DNA of 64,000 bases from Microgenomates group bacterium (GTDB taxonomy: Bacteria; Patescibacteriota; Microgenomatia; Daviesbacterales; UBA10151), in assembly GCA_041659805.1 (NCBI GenBank), contig JBAZXP010000001.1:800141-864140 (forward strand), written 5' to 3'. Position numbers and translations under genes: made by a program. This document shows positions 62,521 through 64,000 of this stretch, one piece after another. The notes beneath the pieces are model-generated. The model ran no database searches, was not told the origin of the DNA, and saw only the letters and a list, made by a program, of their open reading frames with translations. Positions within the stretch are counted from its first letter, which is position 1, and each line of letters opens with the position of its first letter.

Positions 62521-62931
62521 TTATTCTGCAGAATAATGAGTTGCTTCTACCCAAGCAGTAAATGGCCCTCCAATACAAGCCCCAAGACTAACAAGTGTAA
62601 TGGTTAAATTTGTATCAAGCGGAAGAGATCGGTTTGTTACCCATTGTCCTAAAAAAGTCACTACACCTGAAAGTACAAATCCTGCTACAGCACCACCAGC
62701 TGTTCTCATGGCAATAGTTCTTAAGTATGATTCATTACCTCTACTCAAATCAATTTTTAGCTCTTCAAAAAAAGAGCCAATCTTTTCTTTAAATGGTCTA
62801 CTTTCAACTAAGGGTTCATAATTAAAAAGGTCTACATTTTTTGCCTCAGCCCAAGGACTTTTATTTTCCGCCACAAGATGAACGCTAGTCTTTAAAGAAG
62901 ATTTTGATTCTTTTGCTCCATCTTCAACCAT
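62521..62931 (-). CDS. Hypothetical membrane protein (136 aa)
   Basis: Two C-terminal TM helices. Confidence 0.4.
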   Translation of the reverse strand: MVEDGAKESKSSLKTSVHLVAENKSPWAEAKNVDLFNYEPLVESRPFKEKIGSFFEELKIDLSRGNESYLRTIAMRTAGGAVAGFVLSGVVTFLGQWVTNRSLPLDTNLTITLVSLGACIGGPFTAWVEATHYSAE

Positions 62932-63134
62932 GAAACTATTATAACATAACTATAAGCTAATTATGAGGCTCTTAACAACGCATTATTTTAAAAATAAGAC
63001 CTACTTTTTTTTATTTCAATGAGATAATATGATTATGATTATGATGTACTCAAAGAAATTTAAAATATTTTGGATTATGCTATCTCTTATAGCAGGTGTT
63101 TCTATTTTGCTTTTTTCCCTGCTTCCTCTCTTAA

Positions 63135-63815
63135 CTACACTTTAAATACCTTAGCAAGCAGAATAAATATTAAATCCAAACCCATCGGAATTAACATAAG
63201 TCCGGCAGACTTCTTAAAAAATTCTGAAAAATCAGGAAAGTTTATTGTGCCAATCCAGCTTAAAAAAGGCATCAACGCATCTGTAAAATATAAAGTACCC
63301 AAAAACGCACCGATCAGAACTGCTGTTACCACAAATAAAACTAAAGCTCCTTCCATATCTTTTTTACTGGAAAACATAGTGTTGGCTACTTCAAATATTA
63401 GAAAAATAACCAAAGCAATCTGCCACCATGGAGTAAAAGACGAATAAAATTGTAACGAGAAAAACAAAACAGCAAGTATTAAAAACATTCCAAAAAAGAC
63501 AGGCGCAACTCCAATAATAAACCTCCTGACAGGATCTGATTGAGCAATTTTAACACTGCCAAATTTAACTTCATCACCATCAATCTCTGGAAAAATTGTA
63601 ATATCCCCAGAGGGCACAAAAAATAAACCCGCAATTAGCATATGGGCGATTTCATGAATCAAAGTCCCGGGTAAAAAAATCACGGCTAAAGCATTAAAGG
63701 TAAATCCTCTGCTGTGGCTAATTTTATACAATAACCTGGCTAAAGAATTAGTTAAAGTCCTGGAAAAAAGAAACAAAAATAGTATTTCTAAAATAAAAAT
63801 CAAAAAGAAGATCAT
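63135..63815 (-). CDS. Membrane-embedded zinc metalloprotease-like protein (HExxH in a TM helix, M50/S2P-like)
   Basis: LIHEIAHMLIAGLF within a hydrophobic segment. Multi-TM. Confidence 0.4.
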   Translation of the reverse strand: MIFFLIFILEILFLFLFSRTLTNSLARLLYKISHSRGFTFNALAVIFLPGTLIHEIAHMLIAGLFFVPSGDITIFPEIDGDEVKFGSVKIAQSDPVRRFIIGVAPVFFGMFLILAVLFFSLQFYSSFTPWWQIALVIFLIFEVANTMFSSKKDMEGALVLFVVTAVLIGAFLGTLYFTDALMPFLSWIGTINFPDFSEFFKKSAGLMLIPMGLDLIFILLAKVFKV

Positions 63816-63890
63816 AAACTTAGTATATGAGGTGCTGTCTGTCTTGACAACACTATATTAATAGGAAATACTGGTTAAAGGAGGTGATTT

Positions 63891-64000
63891 ATGGATAAAC
63901 TCGAAATACCCGAGGACGTTAGAAAATATCTGGAAAGCTTACTTTACGATACCCATATCACTCTTCTTGATGAAGAAATGAAAGAGGAAATGATAGAGGA
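63891..64000 (+). CDS. Hypothetical protein, 3'-truncated by the window end
   Basis: ATG preceded by AAAGGAGGTGA SD. MDKLEIPEDVRKYLESLLYD... Confidence 0.4.
   Translation, partial: MDKLEIPEDVRKYLESLLYDTHITLLDEEMKEEMIE

Noticed and set aside
63070-63447. 125-aa plus-strand ORF
   Set aside because: It overlaps the more credible minus-strand HExxH membrane protein ORF 63135..63815 and has low-complexity composition.

Overview
Low-GC (~35%) bacterial window, coding on both strands. Several archaeal-type enzymes (TyrRS, PEP carboxylase, cupin PGI), truncated ThrRS/PheT and weak Shine-Dalgarno use suggest a Candidate Phyla Radiation / Patescibacteria-like genome (inference only).

Positions 1 to ~18.6 kb look like a partial integrative/mobilizable element. 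Two paralogous large serine recombinases lie in the same orientation (<1..1346 and 16824..18548). The second overlaps the 3' end of a tRNA-Gln(UUG) gene. A Replication-relaxation-like wHTH protein and a TraD/VirD4-like membrane coupling ATPase form a mobilization module (12673..16524). The cargo includes a ~1600-aa DUF4011 / Upf1-like SF1 helicase / DUF559 endonuclease / DUF3320 protein. It is convergent with two tandem Cas4-like PD-(D/E)xK nucleases carrying Fe-S cysteine clusters. This three-gene helicase-nuclease cluster is the best candidate for an undescribed defense or DNA-end-processing system. The element also holds gene fragments, a higher-GC cargo gene and a hairpin-dense 185-nt intergenic region.

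The remaining ~45 kb is housekeeping:
- Cell envelope: galU, a GT4 glycosyltransferase, glmS, murT-gatD, a class A PBP, an SLT lytic transglycosylase.
- Metabolism: archaeal-type PEPC, cupin PGI, a PGM-like histidine phosphatase.
- Translation: thrS, the infC-rpmI-rplT cluster (infC with ATT start), pheS-pheT, an archaeal-type tyrS.
- Other: a HAD hydrolase split by an in-frame TGA, a DedA membrane protein, an ABC exporter.
- F1Fo ATP synthase operon: an unknown 218-aa gene sits between atpA and atpG, and atpC lies 5.6 kb away.

Nine tRNA genes were found. One is an archaeal/eukaryal-type tRNA-Tyr (C1:G72, short variable arm), matching the archaeal-type TyrRS. One is an atypical tRNA-Phe-like gene whose 3' end is partially duplicated inside the glmS leader. 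No CRISPR array or rRNA was seen.
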